Shown here: positions 1-13,554 of the stretch, one piece after another
Numbering within the stretch: position 1 is the stretch's first letter
Layout: every line of letters begins with the position of its first letter
Assembly (NCBI GenBank): GCA_017499595.2
Contig: CM039006.1
Coordinates: forward strand, 744,001 to 808,000
Length of the DNA: 64,000 bases
Origin: Psilocybe cubensis
Lineage: Eukaryota
Reading direction: 5' to 3'
The notes under the pieces: model-generated
What the model was told of the DNA's origin: nothing
Databases searched by the model: none
Seen by the model: the letters and a program-made list of their open reading frames with translations, nothing else
Position numbers and translations under genes: made by a program

Positions 1-530
1 GGACATTGTCCATTCGTATCTGCTTCTTATCCATTTTGATTTAATGACGCTTCGTATAATAATACCGCCGCCTTTTAAATTACGAGCACTGGAGATAGGA
101 AACGGTAATGATTCAAGGAATGCTTACATCATACTTGCTGCCCAAAGATTTCGTCTAGAATTTCGCGGATGTTAGTAGAGGAACATGGTCTAAATCCCGT
201 GGAGTTGAGATACGTGCTACACACAACAATGTCCGGTTCCACGGATTTGAGGACAGCTTGTGGTCAGATAAGGCAGAAGGGGTGCCCAAATTGGCACAAT
301 GGCGGATATGATTATCCTTTTGATAGAATTTATACGTAGTAGAGCTTCAAGCTTCAAGGCTTAAGTTTACTGTTGTAGAAAAAAAATGACTCATTCCTGT
401 GATGAGATGCGATTCACCAAGACATGTTGTGGATTACTCGAATGACTCTTTGAAATAAACCCGTCTCTTAACCTTCTAAACAGTACTGGAACCAATTGGC
501 TTGAAAACAAAAAGCGATTGGGCAAAAACA

Positions 531-613
531 TGGTCCAATCCAGGATCGAACTGGAGACCTTCTGTGTCCCTTACAGTGTAAGACAGAAATCATAACCACT
601 AGACCATTGGACC
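531..613 (-). tRNA. tRNA-Val (anticodon TAC) with 10-nt intron
   Basis: Reverse complement folds as a cloverleaf: acceptor GGTCCAA/TTGGACC, anticodon arm TCTGT-CT TAC A-[intron]-C-ACAGA, T arm TCCAG-TTCGATC-CTGGA. An oligo-T terminator lies downstream on the minus strand. Confidence 0.95.
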
Positions 614-716
614 GACAACCTGGAAGTTTGGTGCCTCCGGCCGCTCCGTGCGCGGGAGAGATAATAAGCGCCGGAGGGACTCGGAACTAATACGCTTTAT
701 GCTAAGAATCACCACT

Positions 717-799
717 GGTCCAATGGTCTAGTGGTTATGATTTCTGTCTTACACTGTAAGGAACACAGAAGGTCTCCAGTTCGATCCTGGATTGGACCA
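717..799 (+). tRNA. tRNA-Val (anticodon TAC) with 10-nt intron
   Basis: Same cloverleaf as 531-613, differing by one intron base (CTGTAAGGAA vs CTGTAAGGGA). Followed by a T run at 800-807 (Pol III terminator). Confidence 0.95.
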
Positions 800-1001
800 T
801 TTTTTTTGATTGATTCTCCCACGTCGTAGTATCCGTTATGTAATTTCAACAACTTCCGTACTAGCTTCACTTAGCCCTTGTCAAACTACTCCAAGGCACC
901 CATGGTGCTTGACAGGGACACGACATCCTAAATTCTGGCAACGTGTCCTTTTTCTTTCACCATCTCAACTGTATTTTCGTCTGGTTTACATTGGGACTCT
1001 C

Positions 1002-2355
1002 ATGGAACTTCCTCAGCTGTCGCTCGACACCTACGTCGCGATCTGCCTGGTAATCGCCACACCATGGCTCTACCGCACATTCTCTCCATTCTCGGAAGTG
1101 CGCACGAAAACACGAACAGAGCAGCTAGTCTCCACCACTATACTAACCCACACACTGTACATGCTCTACTGCCTTTTCGTTTCGCCGCCTCAGAATGTGT
1201 TCACGTCTCTTGGTGTACCGATGAGTGCTGCGCCGGAGGAGCTGCGTGTAAAGTTGGCGGAGAGGTTTGGGAGTGAGGAGCATGTTCCGGAGTATTTGAG
1301 GGTGTTGGTGAAGAGGCTTGGGTTGATGGATATGAGGTCGTTGTATATCCGGTATGTTGGTCTGGTCTGGAGGTAGGTGGAGGGCTAATTCAATGGTGGG
1401 ATTAGGTTTGGACACGACGTGCTTACGACGTGCTCATATTGCCAGTCGTTCGATGACTTTGCTTTGTATGCGTTTCCCTCCTCTCTCCTCGAATATGTTC
1501 GCGAAATTGCTTTCGTCGGGGTGGGTTCTACCAATGAATTCGCGGTTTTTAACTGACAACTTTTGTTGTGTAGCTCTTGACCCTACCAAAAACGCCCACA
1601 GCGCACTTCAGACCAGTAGGACTCGGCGTCCTCCTCGCCGCGCTCCTCATCGAGGCATACTGGGTACTCACAGTTCCAGTTCTAATCACTCCACGCGGGT
1701 CAGATACGACAACCACAATGGTACGTCCACCTTGCACCACGTACGTTATCTATCCCTGACCCCAAGACAGTGGCACGATACCTTCATCCTTATCCGACAC
1801 ACCCTCTTCCTCCTTCTCCCGCTCATAACAACCCTCGCGCCACACCTCGAACTGCACCGCGTTCCCATTCTAAACGCCTTCATACCCGCGCCGGAGACTG
1901 CCAATCTTCCGCCATCGCGCTTCCAGATGCAGGGACAGGGAGGGCCTGTGCTACCAGACGGCATCACGCTGAACCAGATCTCAAATATGACGCTCAAGAC
2001 ACTCGGGCACCTCGTCCCGACGCTGCACCTGCTCAAATATTCGCACGCCGCGATCATGCGCTCGCAGCCTTCCTCTGCTGACGCAGAAGATTCCTCCACA
2101 CCATCGCAGCACCTGCACGCCCGCGCATCCGAATGGTGGCGCGAAGAACGGCGCGAAGGTGATATCGTGCGAAATGACGCGAACGTGCGGCATGTGCTCA
2201 AGGCGTCCGGGCTATCACTAGATGACGAGGTCAAAGCTGAAGACGGCAGCGTGGTGCAACCTGAGGGCCCGTTGTTGAACAGCGCGAAGATCGCGGCGAA
2301 TATGTTGAAGGAGCAGGGCGCGCCGCCGAGTGAGTTTTGGGTGTTTATGAAGTGA
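1002..2355 (+). CDS. Multi-exon hypothetical fungal membrane protein
   Basis: ATG 1002 (MELPQLSLDTYVAICLVIATPW...), GT-AG introns (first donor GTATGT at 1352), several hydrophobic segments, a CxxC-containing exon (GHDVLTTCSYCQSFDDFALY), and a long last exon ending at TGA 2355. Confidence 0.75.
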
Positions 2356-3393
2356 CGCGGTTTAGATATCGCGCCAATGCTACTGATATGTTGTGAATGG
2401 ATGGTGGGTGGTGGTGCTGAGGAAAAAGTTTGATTGTAATATATTATATCTTGTCGTTGGTTTGCGAAGCTATCTATTCGGAGTCGTAATCACCAATTCG
2501 GTGCGCATATATGTAGTCCAAAGTAAGGAGGCGTTGTGACACTCAGATTTTTTGAATCATCGACAAACCATGCAGGTACTTTACAAATAAAATTGCAAAA
2601 CATCAGAGCCTTGATTCAATGAGAATCAAAGCAGATCATATATATCATCACATGGTCGTAAAGCGTAAAAAAAGGGGAGAACAGGCTGCAGGGGAGGTAG
2701 AAAAAGGAGAGGTGTATGCGTATGCATATGTGTATGTATGTACGATGAACATGTGGTGAGTGGGTGTGAGATGGGCGTGATAGGTGAAAAAGTAGAAACG
2801 TAAAGATGCATACTGTACTATGTACAAAAACTCTACCTAGCTAGATGAAAGTGCTACGAGCCCAACAAAATTTGGACCAAGGGATGCAGAGAAGGATATG
2901 GGTGAGGGTAAGGGTGAATTATTAAAATGCAACGTCAAGCGAACAAAAAAGCGGCTATGACAAAAGGAAATGGGGGTTAACACGACGGAGTACATGCACA
3001 AGGAAGGAGCAAAAAAGGAAAGAAAAAGAAAAGATAAGCAGAGAATGTCGTGTCAAGAATCATAAAGGTTACAGCAGTACATCGGTGTACACACGTATGT
3101 ACAGTGTACAGCAACAGCAAGATCGTGAAGAGTCCCTTCCGCCATTTAAGCAACAGCAACAGATATTAAAACAACAGAACTTGAAATTCTGCCACTCTGC
3201 ACAATTAAAAAAAAGCTGAAGAAAGAAGAAAGCAAAAGGAAGCGAGCGCCTGTGGGGGTGGGAGTAGTGGCAGATTCCCCCACAACATACACTTAACAAA
3301 TATCGGGGCGGGCGGTTATCGTCTTCGTTTCTGTCTCCCGGGAATAAAATTGCGAAATTGACATCCATGATCCATGAATGCATGACGGATTGC

Positions 3394-5584
3394 TCAACTC
3401 GACAGCTGCGCGTTGACATCAATACCTTCAATGCACTGAGGAGTGTCCTCCTTCATCTCCTCTTCCACAGCAACTTTCCCGTCTTCAGTCAAAACTGCGT
3501 ATCCTCGCTCCAAGTCATTCTCAAAGTACCTCGGGACAAACCTACAAACGACATTAACACCAGAAACAAAAGAAATCATCATAATGAACAAATGGAAAAA
3601 ACACGCACTGGATACCCTTCTTCTTCCGCTCAGCAGCCTCATCACGCTGTCTCTGCTCAATAGCCACCTTCTCCTTAGTCGCCTCCGAAAACTCCTTCTT
3701 CATCAGCTTGTCCGTCACATTCTCCCAAAGCTTCCTGCTCTCCCGCGAATGCTGCCTCTCCAACGGCCGCACCGTCTTCGGCACCACAAAGAGCGTAGAC
3801 AGGTCCATAAGCTGCATCCACTCATCCTCAGCTGCCACCGACGACGACTTCGAACTCGATCCGGAACCAGAACCAGAACCAGAGCTCCTCTTCCCCGACA
3901 AATAATACGACGCAACGTCCGCCTTGGACACCGACGCCGCAGGAATATTCGGCATGGGCAGTTTCGCATGGGACGGGTTGGGCGACGACGCGGTGGAACG
4001 CGTCACTCCTGTGTGGTTGTGCTCTGGGTTGGGGTACGACCCCGTCCCGACGCGCTTCCACCGGATCTTGCCCCGCCAGGACCCGTCGAACACAGCGACG
4101 ACGCGGTTCTGCGGGACGTGCTTCACTTTGGTCCATTCTGCGCAGTGGGTCGTGTCAGAGTCGAACACGGTGTGGATGACGCCTTCGACGAGGAAATGCG
4201 CGCGGCCAAGCCAGGACTACATGTCAAAAGGGAGAGGAGAGGGAGATCAGTCAGATACGATTGTTATTTTTACTTCGGACGCCAGACGTTGTTTTGGCAT
4301 GCACACGCACCTCTTCCTTGTACTCGATAATCGTCCTAAATTTATGTCCAGGCTTACCGCCTTCACACGTAATAATCGTCGACTCGCCAACAGTGACATA
4401 AAAGCTGCCCCTCAAAATCCCATTAACCGACGCAACAGGGTGCGTAATATGGTATTTCTCGCCCTCGCCGGGGCCTCCCGTCAAATGGATGAATATGCCC
4501 TGGTTATACTGACCAGGCGAAACGCGCAGGGTCGTCCCAGAGACCTTTGCTGATATCTGATCGATACCGGACATCTCTATCGACCGGCTCGGGCAGGTGG
4601 CGAAGTACGCAGAGACAGGCGGGTGGTGGGATACTTGCTCGGTCAGGAAAACCACGCGGACGGGCGCCGTGCCTCCGGGGGTGCTGGCATTATTGCCCCC
4701 AAGGCTGAGGCTGGACACCTGTGCTGTGAGGTTATCGGTATCGGCGCCACCGCCAGCGGCAGGATGGTGCGGCGAAGTGGGAGCAGTGGAGGGACTCTTA
4801 TGTTTCGAAAAAGCACTGATCCCACTCGTAGTACTCTTCGAGCTCTTGCCGCTCTTCACGCTGCCCGTTTCCGACGCCAAGGCTTCGCCGATGGAGTCTC
4901 TGTTGCTGTTCCCTTCCCCATCGTCTAGTCTGTACGGGTTAGGTTCAACATCCCAATGCGCCCGGAAATGCTCGCCCAGCACCGAGTTGTACGGCTTGCA
5001 GACTTTGCCGTGCTGCAATGAGGCGAAGTTGAGTTTTTTCCCCATGTCGTTTTTGAGAGACGGGACGCACTATGAACTTGATATCTTTCGTAAATGTAAA
5101 TCGTAACACCGAGATCATCCTCATAAAAGGATCGTCGGAATCATTGATCCTGGAAGACGTAAACAAGGATTGTGGGTTAGCCCAAACTGAACGATCGAAA
5201 CCGACTGAATTCAGGCGGAACAGCCAGAACAGACAGGCAGATGGCAACAAACACCTACGTGCAAAAGATGTCGGGCCTATCCAGATAGTGCCAGTACTCC
5301 AGATTGGGCATGGGCTCCAGCAACGAAGCCGGCAGGGACAATCGCCTGAGATTAGGAGGTAAGTTGATGGGGGAGTCAGCGTTCGCTGCTCCCCCTGGGC
5401 TCGACAAAAACGAAAGAGGAGAAACTCACATTGTAGCGATGTCCTTTACACCAAGACACTTCTTCACGAGCTGGACGATCATCTTCAGCTTTCCGCCCTC
5501 GCCTGTGTCCCCTGAATCCGGAACCGAGATGGGCGGTCCTGGGGCATCCTCATCGATGCTGTTGTCGTGCTGGGTCGTGCTCAT
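3394..5584 (-). CDS. Oxysterol-binding protein (OSBP/ORP family, Osh-like), multi-exon
   Basis: Signature EQVSHHPP plus KPYNSVLGEHF, SLPASLLEP and ATKEKVAIEQRQR. ATG at 5584 (MSTTQHDNSIDED...), last exon FVPRYFENDL...QLSS stop at 3394. Confidence 0.93.
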
Positions 5585-7754
5585 CGTTAGAGTGCAATGA
5601 AGGAATCAAAAAGAAAAGCAAATGCAAGGAAGAAGGGAGAGAAAGCGGTGGGGTTAGAAGTAAAGAGGAGGCTGGATGGGATGCTAGTAGCCGGTTATGG
5701 TACAGTGACAAAAGGCGCAGACGTGGACTGTAGGGCACTGATCATCCTAAATTGGTTACACGAGTCTACCGATCCTTCCTTCACGTGAATACTTTGACTA
5801 CAAAAAACCATATACACCCAATATACACCAGCAGACAATTGTCGCTTCCAGCGCACAATATAGCCTTTACGAAAATGCTTCCGGTCAAGATAACGTCCTT
5901 AGCCCACAGATCCGGCGGTAAATTCCATTTGCTTCATTTAAATTTAGAACAATTGTGTTCTTTGGAAGCCTTGTCACAACAGGTCATCGGAGAGGAGATA
6001 GCGTGGTTCTCATAAACGATAAGCTTGAGTCTCTTCAAACACCAAGGTACAATATTGCTCGGATCTTGTTAGGAGCATTCTGATGAAGGTCAGGCAAAGA
6101 AATGAAGGTATGTATAAATCCATCCAGCAACGCTCTAGAGCTTGGAAAAGAAAATATCAAGCAGGATTCTAAACGGAAACGAACACACATACTTTACAAA
6201 CAGTTGTTTGTTCACAATAAACCTGAGCCAAGGTAGAAGGTATATGAATCAAGTACCATTGGTACCCGGTTCCTATGTAAGTCTACCACTGCACAGCACT
6301 ACACCAAAAACTTAATTGTCAATCCAAATTTTCGAGAGTAATAATTCAGTAGTTGTACCTACTTGTATTGATGACCTCAATTCGGTGCAGAGATGACGCG
6401 ACTCTGAGAAAAGACGCTCGACAGAAACACTTGCAATTGGGCTAAGGTTTAGGAATTCCGAGTGATGAATCTGCTAGGATACATTTCAGATATTATGTCT
6501 TGCAATCTGAATAAAATTTGAAGCTTACTTTCCACCATAAAAGAGGTTTGTCTGGATCACTGTATTTCGAGCTACGGTTGGAAGTAGCTTGAAAAATGCA
6601 AGATTTTTGTTAGTGGTTAATAGGCGGGTCTTGGCCATTGAGCGGTTGGAGCTCTAGATTTACCACGCTACTCTGATCATTGAATAGCAAAGAGGGACTT
6701 TTAAAATCAATGGGTAACAGAGAGGGATGCGCCCTGGTCACTGGTGGAAAAAGAATATAACGTTGACAGTAAATGCATATGGTGCGCTGTCGAATGAAAG
6801 TCAAATAACATGATTATACGCACCATCATTTCGCGAATTTTTTTATAACTCCATTGTTTCGAAGACAGGAGGGATATCTCATAAACAGAGATATAGAGGT
6901 GAAGGTAGGGTATATGCTGCCGGTCTTGATAGCCTAGAGTACGGAGGTTAGAATAGGAGAACGCGAGTGTTGCATAACTGCGCGAGTGTTGCATAACTGA
7001 GAATACTTACTCGTCAACTACAGAATTTCTCCAGTCAGAGGGGGGAATTTAGGGAAGTAAACACGCTAAGTATAACTTGTTCCAAATTATCCAAGGAAGT
7101 TAACACTGAGAGGGGGAGATTGAGGGATGTCTTTGTGTAGATCAAACTTTCGAGGTTGGTTCTACCCGGGATCGACCACATAGACCTAGATCGATGTAGT
7201 GGCATGAATATGAACGTCGTTGTACCGCTTACCGACTTGCCGCCCCTTCACTACGATATGTGAGCCAGATGGTCCCTCCTATACTCCGATATTGACCGTT
7301 ATTTCCATTTCCCTAGAAGCATTTTTTAATCCGCTAGGTATAAAGACTGTCGAGCATGTCGGTGCGGTTCGATGACAAAGTATCGTAAAGTACAGCAGAC
7401 CACCTGCGAGTCTTGACCGATAGACTAGCTCTTGAATTTAATGAACACATCGAACATATTGCCTATACCCGTGAACATCAGCGAGGACATAAATTCTTCT
7501 GTTGTACAGTTCAACCTCTAGGGTGGGTTTCATGGTGATAAGCTTGTGTAGTTTTGGCCATTTTCAGCTCGAGACGTAGGACTGATTATCTTTTTAGTCT
7601 TTATTCCCTCTCCCGCCTCATTTTTCAAATAAAACAGGCCATCTGTCATTAGAAAACAAAGCTGGATTGCGCATATCCGTTGTCAATACAAATAGGTATA
7701 CATTTTAAAAGAAATGCCTTATAGTTACACGTTCCTCCAACCCCAATAATACGC

Positions 7755-9139
7755 TCATTGAGCAAGAGCTTCTTCCAAAAGTTTGAGAGCGACGGATGCC
7801 GAGCCATAGCAGGCAATGTACCCAAAGCCACCGTGGCTTGGGAATAAATGTCAATCAAGTGCTGATGCTTGAATGATTCTATCGGACTCACCCATAGTTA
7901 TGTACAACAGGGACGCGTCGTGTGGAAGTCTGCAGCCACTCCGACTCCAACCTCACACCTCCCTTCCTACATGGCCGGAGCCCGCATGATTCTTCAACGA
8001 TAATAGGAAGGATGTCGTCGACCGTAGGTTTCCTCTGCGCCCTGATTTCTGGGGGAGCGATTTCGGGACAGATCTCGAGAACACGTTCCAGGATATCCCG
8101 TGTCGTCTCCGGTCTCGGACGCGGGTGCCTTGACAAACTGTAAGGCAAGAACCAACAAAAAAGAAAACACATACCAGTCATCCGCCTCATACGTCCCACC
8201 AATGATCACATTCCCGCTCCTCCTCGGAATAACATACGTCCAGATCTTGCCCGGGCCTCCACTAAGCGACATGCAAAAGTCGACCCAGGGTGCATTGAGC
8301 AGCACAGTCTGCCCTCTCACAGGATACACGTCCGTGTCCTCGACACCGCCCAAATACCTCGCGCCGAGCCCAGGGCACACAACGACGGCATCTGGGAGAG
8401 GGAACCGGACGTGCGCGTCGGGTTCCGCGAAGGCGCCGGGGCCGCCGTTGATGACCTGGTTGATGTGCAGCACGGAGCCGCGGACGATGTGGCCGCCGCT
8501 GGCGAGGAAGGTGGAGAGGAGGTAGTTCAGGAAGATAGGCGCGTCGGTGTTCACAGAGTCGTATGTGATCCCGGAGATGGCGCCTGGGACGAGTTCATCC
8601 TTGCCTAGTTCGGTGTACTGGAGATATCGTGTTATTGGTGGACTGGGATTGGAAAATGATGAAGGGGGCTCACGTTTGGCATGAGACTCAACGTGTCGAG
8701 GTTTGTTGGCTCGCGATGGAATTCTTTCTGCTTTAATCTTTTGAAGCAGCCTGGTGCGTCGCCCTCGGGAGAGGATAGATCCCACATCGTTTTGAACGTT
8801 TCAATGTCGATTTCTACAGCCAAGTCAGCTATTTCCAGCGGTACGATAATTAGATTTACTTCTCTGAGCGACATCGTCCCCAGCAACGCTGACATGATGA
8901 GCACCCTAAGAAATATGAGCATCGACAGAACGTTGAGAGAGAATGACACGCACCGCAGACAGACTGGCATAAGTCACAGTCTTTGGATCCGTCGGAAAAT
9001 CCTGTGCAATAACAGTCACTTGATACCCTCCCTTTTGCTGAATCTTCAGCGCAGTGGTCAACCCTATAACACCAGCCCCGAGCACTGTGATGTGCTTGAT
9101 CCCATTCTGAGTCTGTGGTTGCGAATCAGAGCCAGACAT
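7755..9139 (-). CDS. FAD-dependent D-amino-acid/D-aspartate oxidase family protein, multi-exon
   Basis: N-terminal GAGVIGLTTA FAD motif, YPVRGQ, YVIPR, GLRPCR, and VVHNYG|HGGFGY spliced across an intron. Stop at 7755-7757 after LEEALAQ. Confidence 0.92.
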
Positions 9140-9892
9140 CGTCGAAGAAGTAGTCGACTAAGAGATTTATCGTCCCAAGTTATATAGGAAACAGGTTGTC
9201 CGTAAGATAAGATGGCACCGTGTGGACTCTGCGGGGGTGGGAGAAGCTTGAAGAGAAAATTTGATAAATGTATAGTATGTGGGCCGCGATCCTCGCTTGG
9301 CCTCACAATCCCACTCCGCGCGATCCTTTATTCAATCGTCAGAAAAGCATCCATGCAGTGTCCGATCGTGGTCTGTTCTCCCTGGACCCATTCTGGACCG
9401 GGAGGAGCTGATGTATGTATAGAAGAATAAAGCCTGGTTAACCCCTGTGTATGATCTTTTGGCTTGTATCGGAGAATGAATATGGCGGTCGTGTGATTGT
9501 GAAGCGAGTCTGGGGTTTGCCCCGCTTTGAATCCTCGATGTCTGGAGCAGTTACACAAATAAACACAGGGTATAAACACACTTTAGTACGTCTACAGGTG
9601 TAGCATTACGCTGAATCATTCAAGCGCCGAATCACATCACAGGGTGGTCTTTTCAACATCTTTCATGAGCCACGATAATTTGAAGTTGTTGGAGTTGTAT
9701 TTCTGGTATGCATAACTTCATCTTCTTTTAACCCTCCTGATCAATGGAAGAAAATTAATGAGAAAAAGTTGAGAGAAAGCGAGCAAAGAGTGGTGGAAGC
9801 TGAGCGACAAGCGAGGGGCCAAGCAACTTCAGTCTAGGGGCAGCTGGGCTTCGACCAGCACTGGGACTATGGACCGACCCTGTGTTTCAGAA

Positions 9893-9979
9893 GTCGGTAT
9901 CGATTAGGGGTTAAATCACTTCGTTGTGGTCATTTGAATTAGCTCCGAAGAGCCGCTGGTTCGATTCCAGCTACCGACA
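9893..9979 (+). tRNA. tRNA-His (anticodon GTG) with 15-nt intron (9930-9944)
   Basis: Acceptor GTCGGTA/TACCGAC, anticodon arm CTTCG-TT GTG G-[intron]-C-CGAAG, T arm GCTGG-TTCGATT-CCAGC. T-rich terminator downstream. Confidence 0.92.
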
Positions 9980-10802
9980 TTTAACTTTTTCATTCACCGC
10001 CATTCCTTATGACGTCACTGATCCTTTTTTAATCTAATCATCTTTCTAGTGTTCGCTCTCATCGACTTTCTCTTTTTTCCCCAATCACGGTGGCCATGGT
10101 ATATCACCATCGATGATAAAGAATAATAATAATTTCCGGATAAGAACTTCAGCAAGAGGTTTCATTCCGGACTGATTGGAAGGAAGCGTCAAGATTGAGA
10201 GTGGTGAGAGATTCGTATATACATTTCCCAATCATAGGAACCAAATTTTGTTCAGTATTTGGTGAAAGAGTTCTTGACTTCATAGCACCTATCTACAGGT
10301 GTCCTTCTTATTCTCCAAATTGGTATACTATGCTTTCCAGCAGTTGTGGAGTTTCTCCAGTTGCTGATCCTTCAAACTAGCGTCAATGCCCACATCCATC
10401 TCCTTTTTTAACTGGATTTTTTGGATGCCCTTGAATCTCAAGCAGACATTTGGGAATAATTTTGTATACACTGCGTGGCGCGGCCTCGTGATTAACGGCG
10501 ATTTTTCTGGTACAGGTGATGCCGGTAATTGCCTTACTACCCATTCGCCAATCCCCACATAGTTCCGTGTTTACAGAAATCTCATTTGCTTACCACTGTT
10601 CATACTATTTTAAAGGTGGTCTTTATTAATCATCTATCATGAATTGTACTTATACAAAAGCCTAATAGAGGCGAGTTTTTCACTCCAAAAGTGAGTTCTA
10701 AAATAATCACGCTACCTTATAAATCCTGCTATCAATGCATCCGTGTACTCAGCAAAGATTGCCTTCAGGTTTGTTTCTCTGTACTGCTACTTAGTCACGA
10801 CC

Positions 10803-11950
10803 ATGTCATCCGAAGAACTTCCTGCTTTCGAGAAGAACAAAGGGTTCAAAGTTTGCACGTCTCCCAATCCGGAATGGACTTACGGGCAGCGCGTAGAAGA
10901 GACGCCGGAAGGTAAAGCATGGGTTGAAGGAGAGAAAGCTGGATGGACAGTTGTCGACACTTCCAAGGAAGAGACTAGGTCAGTTCGTTTTTTCTTCCTT
11001 CCTTGAGTTGTCGTATTAATGAGCTCTTTGACGGGTACTAGGAGGCTGTATGCTATTGGAATAGCTGGTATCGTTCCTCGACCCATCGCGTTTGTATCGA
11101 CTGTGTCCAAGGATGGTGTGGAGAACATCGCGCCCTTCAGGCGTGTATCTCAGTCATTTGTTGATATGGCTGATTCTGTCTGATCTGAATTATCTTAGCT
11201 GGTTTAATCAAGTTAGTTTACCTCAATTCCTTGTACCGATGAGCACATTCTTATCTGGCTCGTTCTAGGTATCCCCCAACCCCTTCGTCGTCTCAATCTC
11301 ATGCGCACACGGTGGCCCAAAAGGCGCGAAAGACACCCTCACAAACATACTCAACGGAGCCGGATTTACCATCAACATCATCAGCGAACCATGGGTCGAG
11401 CAGTCCAACGTCTGTTCGACGGATGCCCCTATCGAAATCAGCGAATGGCCGCTCAGTGGACTGACCAAGGCGCCGAGTGTATGTCCCCGGCTATCCCTTT
11501 GCCGGTTTATTCTGCTGTGTTCACGCATTCGCTGAATTTCTATTTCGGTAATGTTAGATTCACGTCAAGGCGCCGAGGGTGAAGGAAAGCGCGTTCTCTA
11601 TGGAGTGCGAGGTAAGTAGAGGTGTCCCTTTTCGGATTGACATATTACTCACTTTAGCCATCTCTTGTGTTGATTAGCTTCTGCAAACTGTTCCGGTGAA
11701 AGACCCCAATACTGACAACACAGTCTCAACGCTTGTACTTGCACGCGTCAAGTATATCCACATGCGCAACGACATCCTCGACCCCGTGCGCGGGATTCCT
11801 GATCTCGCAAAATTCAAGCCTATGGCTAGAATGGGAGGCCTTACTTACGCGACCGTTTCGCAAGGCTTTGCGCTCCCCAGACCTCCCTGGGATTCGTTAC
11901 CTGAAGAAGCCAAGCAAAAGTTTGCTGGGGATGCAACCAAGCAGAGTTAA
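10803..11950 (+). CDS. Flavin reductase-like FMN-binding split-barrel protein, paralog 1 (multi-exon)
   Basis: MSSEELPAFEK..., GIVPRPIAFVST, NIAPFSWFN (across a GC-AG intron and a 13-nt micro-exon 11199-11211), KDTLTNI, PRVKESAFSMECE, KPMARMGGLTY. TAA at 11950. Confidence 0.88.
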
Positions 11951-12443
11951 ACGGAGTTCATCGGTGTTGTGGATGATAAAGCGTGTCACATTAAGTAGAA
12001 ACAAATATACTTCGTCTTTACCTTTTAATGACATTTAAGTTTGCGGATAGTATTATCCCGTGTATCCGCGATTTGCGTCGTCCATAGAGCGGATAAAAAT
12101 AGAGAGACTGAGACTTATTTTTGGGCCCTTTGCCGTCGCGCAAGGCCTTTAATTCATGTCTTCTCTCGTGATGAAAGGTGATGTTTTGTACTGTGGTACT
12201 AAACGTTGGGTTTTGCTGACCGGATGCGTTTTCCGCAATACAGTGCCCATCCGGATGACACTGCATAGTCTATGATGTTACTTGGTCAAGGAAGACGCTT
12301 CCTTGTAGACTTGAGTTATCTTTGGTGTGGCAAGTTCTGCTTAAAAGGTCTTGAAGAATAGCGTTATCATCATCTCCAGTCACTGTTCGACACCCATTTT
12401 TCGAATCGCCTTCAGTCCTCAATTAAATCTTATTTGAATCCAC

Positions 12444-13554
12444 ATGCCAGCTGAGAAGCTCGCCCAATTCGACCACGAGAAAGGATTTGAATACACCACC
12501 TCCCCTGTTCCAAATTGGAGATATGGGGAGAGTATTCAATCTTCTTCTGAAGGAAAGGCATGGGCAGAAGGAGAAAAATTAGGATGGACCGTCATTGACC
12601 CGTCCGAGGAAACGACCAGGTATGTAAACGCCTACAACTGGGATGACTTTGTGAATTGACCCTTTATTAGAAGGATGTACGCTATAATGGTCGCAGATAT
12701 TGCACCTCGTCCAATAGCTTTTATATCCTCCATCTCCCCTGAAGGAGTAGAAAATCTCGCACCATTTAGGTACTTCATTTCAATTTACTAAGCCCGCATA
12801 CCCGCTGATCTTACGCCGTCTGATACGGTTGGTTCAACATGGTAATTTGCACTCTTGTATCTGATATACGCATAATGAGCTCATCTTCCGTTTCAATTTT
12901 AATTAGATCACGCCTAGTCCGCATACGATAGCATTCGGAGCTCTACACGTCAACGGGGAGCCCAAAGATACCTTGCGCAATGTCCTTTCAGGAACTGGGT
13001 TTACCGTCAATATTATCAGTGCGCCGTGGGTAGAGCAGTCCCATGTTTGCTCTGTCGTTTTTCCTTCCGATGTCAGTGAGTGGCCAAGCAGCGGACTGAC
13101 GAGGGCGCCTAGTGTAAGTCCTAATTTTTGTATAAAAATTCTTGTCTTTTTAACACATCCACCAGTTACACGTCAAAGCTGCACGCGTAAAGGAAAGCGC
13201 ATTCTCGATGGAGTGCGAAGTGCGTATCTTGCATCTGATTTCATCGGAACAACTAACTTAACAAACACGTCAACGCCGCAGCTGCTCGATACCGTTCAGA
13301 TCAGGAACCCAGCCACGAACGTCATAGCGTCGACACTCGTCGTCGCAAGCGTCAAGTACATCCACATGCGCAATGACGTACTGGATCCTGTCCGCGGGAT
13401 ACCTGATCCAGGGAAGCTCAAGCCTGTCGCAAAAATGGGAGGCATCTCGTATGCGCGGGTGTCTGAAGGATTTACGCTTCCTAGAGCTCCGCATTGGACG
13501 ACTGTAGTTGAGGGCCAGCGTGCTTTCATGGAAGAAAGTGTCGAGTTTTCTTGA
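12444..13554 (+). CDS. Flavin reductase-like protein, tandem paralog 2 (possibly splice-defective)
   Basis: Same exon order and motifs as paralog 1 (PRPIAFISS, NLAPFS, KDTLRNV, RVKESAFSMECE, KPVAKMGGISY). The micro-exon acceptor reads GG instead of AG at 12827-12828. Confidence 0.8.

Noticed and set aside
1..330. Possible minus-strand exon fragments at the window edge
   Set aside because: Too short and truncated to assign a frame or product.
3443..4553. Long plus-strand ORFs opposite the OSBP gene
   Set aside because: Antisense shadows of a GC-rich coding exon with no independent motifs.
6000..7450. Possible degenerate minus-strand gene with Leu-rich fragments and a GTAAGT donor
   Set aside because: Frames are broken by stops and no family motif is recognisable, so I could not build a gene model.
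7755..13554. DAO plus two flavin reductases as a possible biosynthetic cluster
   Set aside because: No backbone enzyme, transporter or regulator lies nearby. Tandem duplication and chance adjacency explain it.
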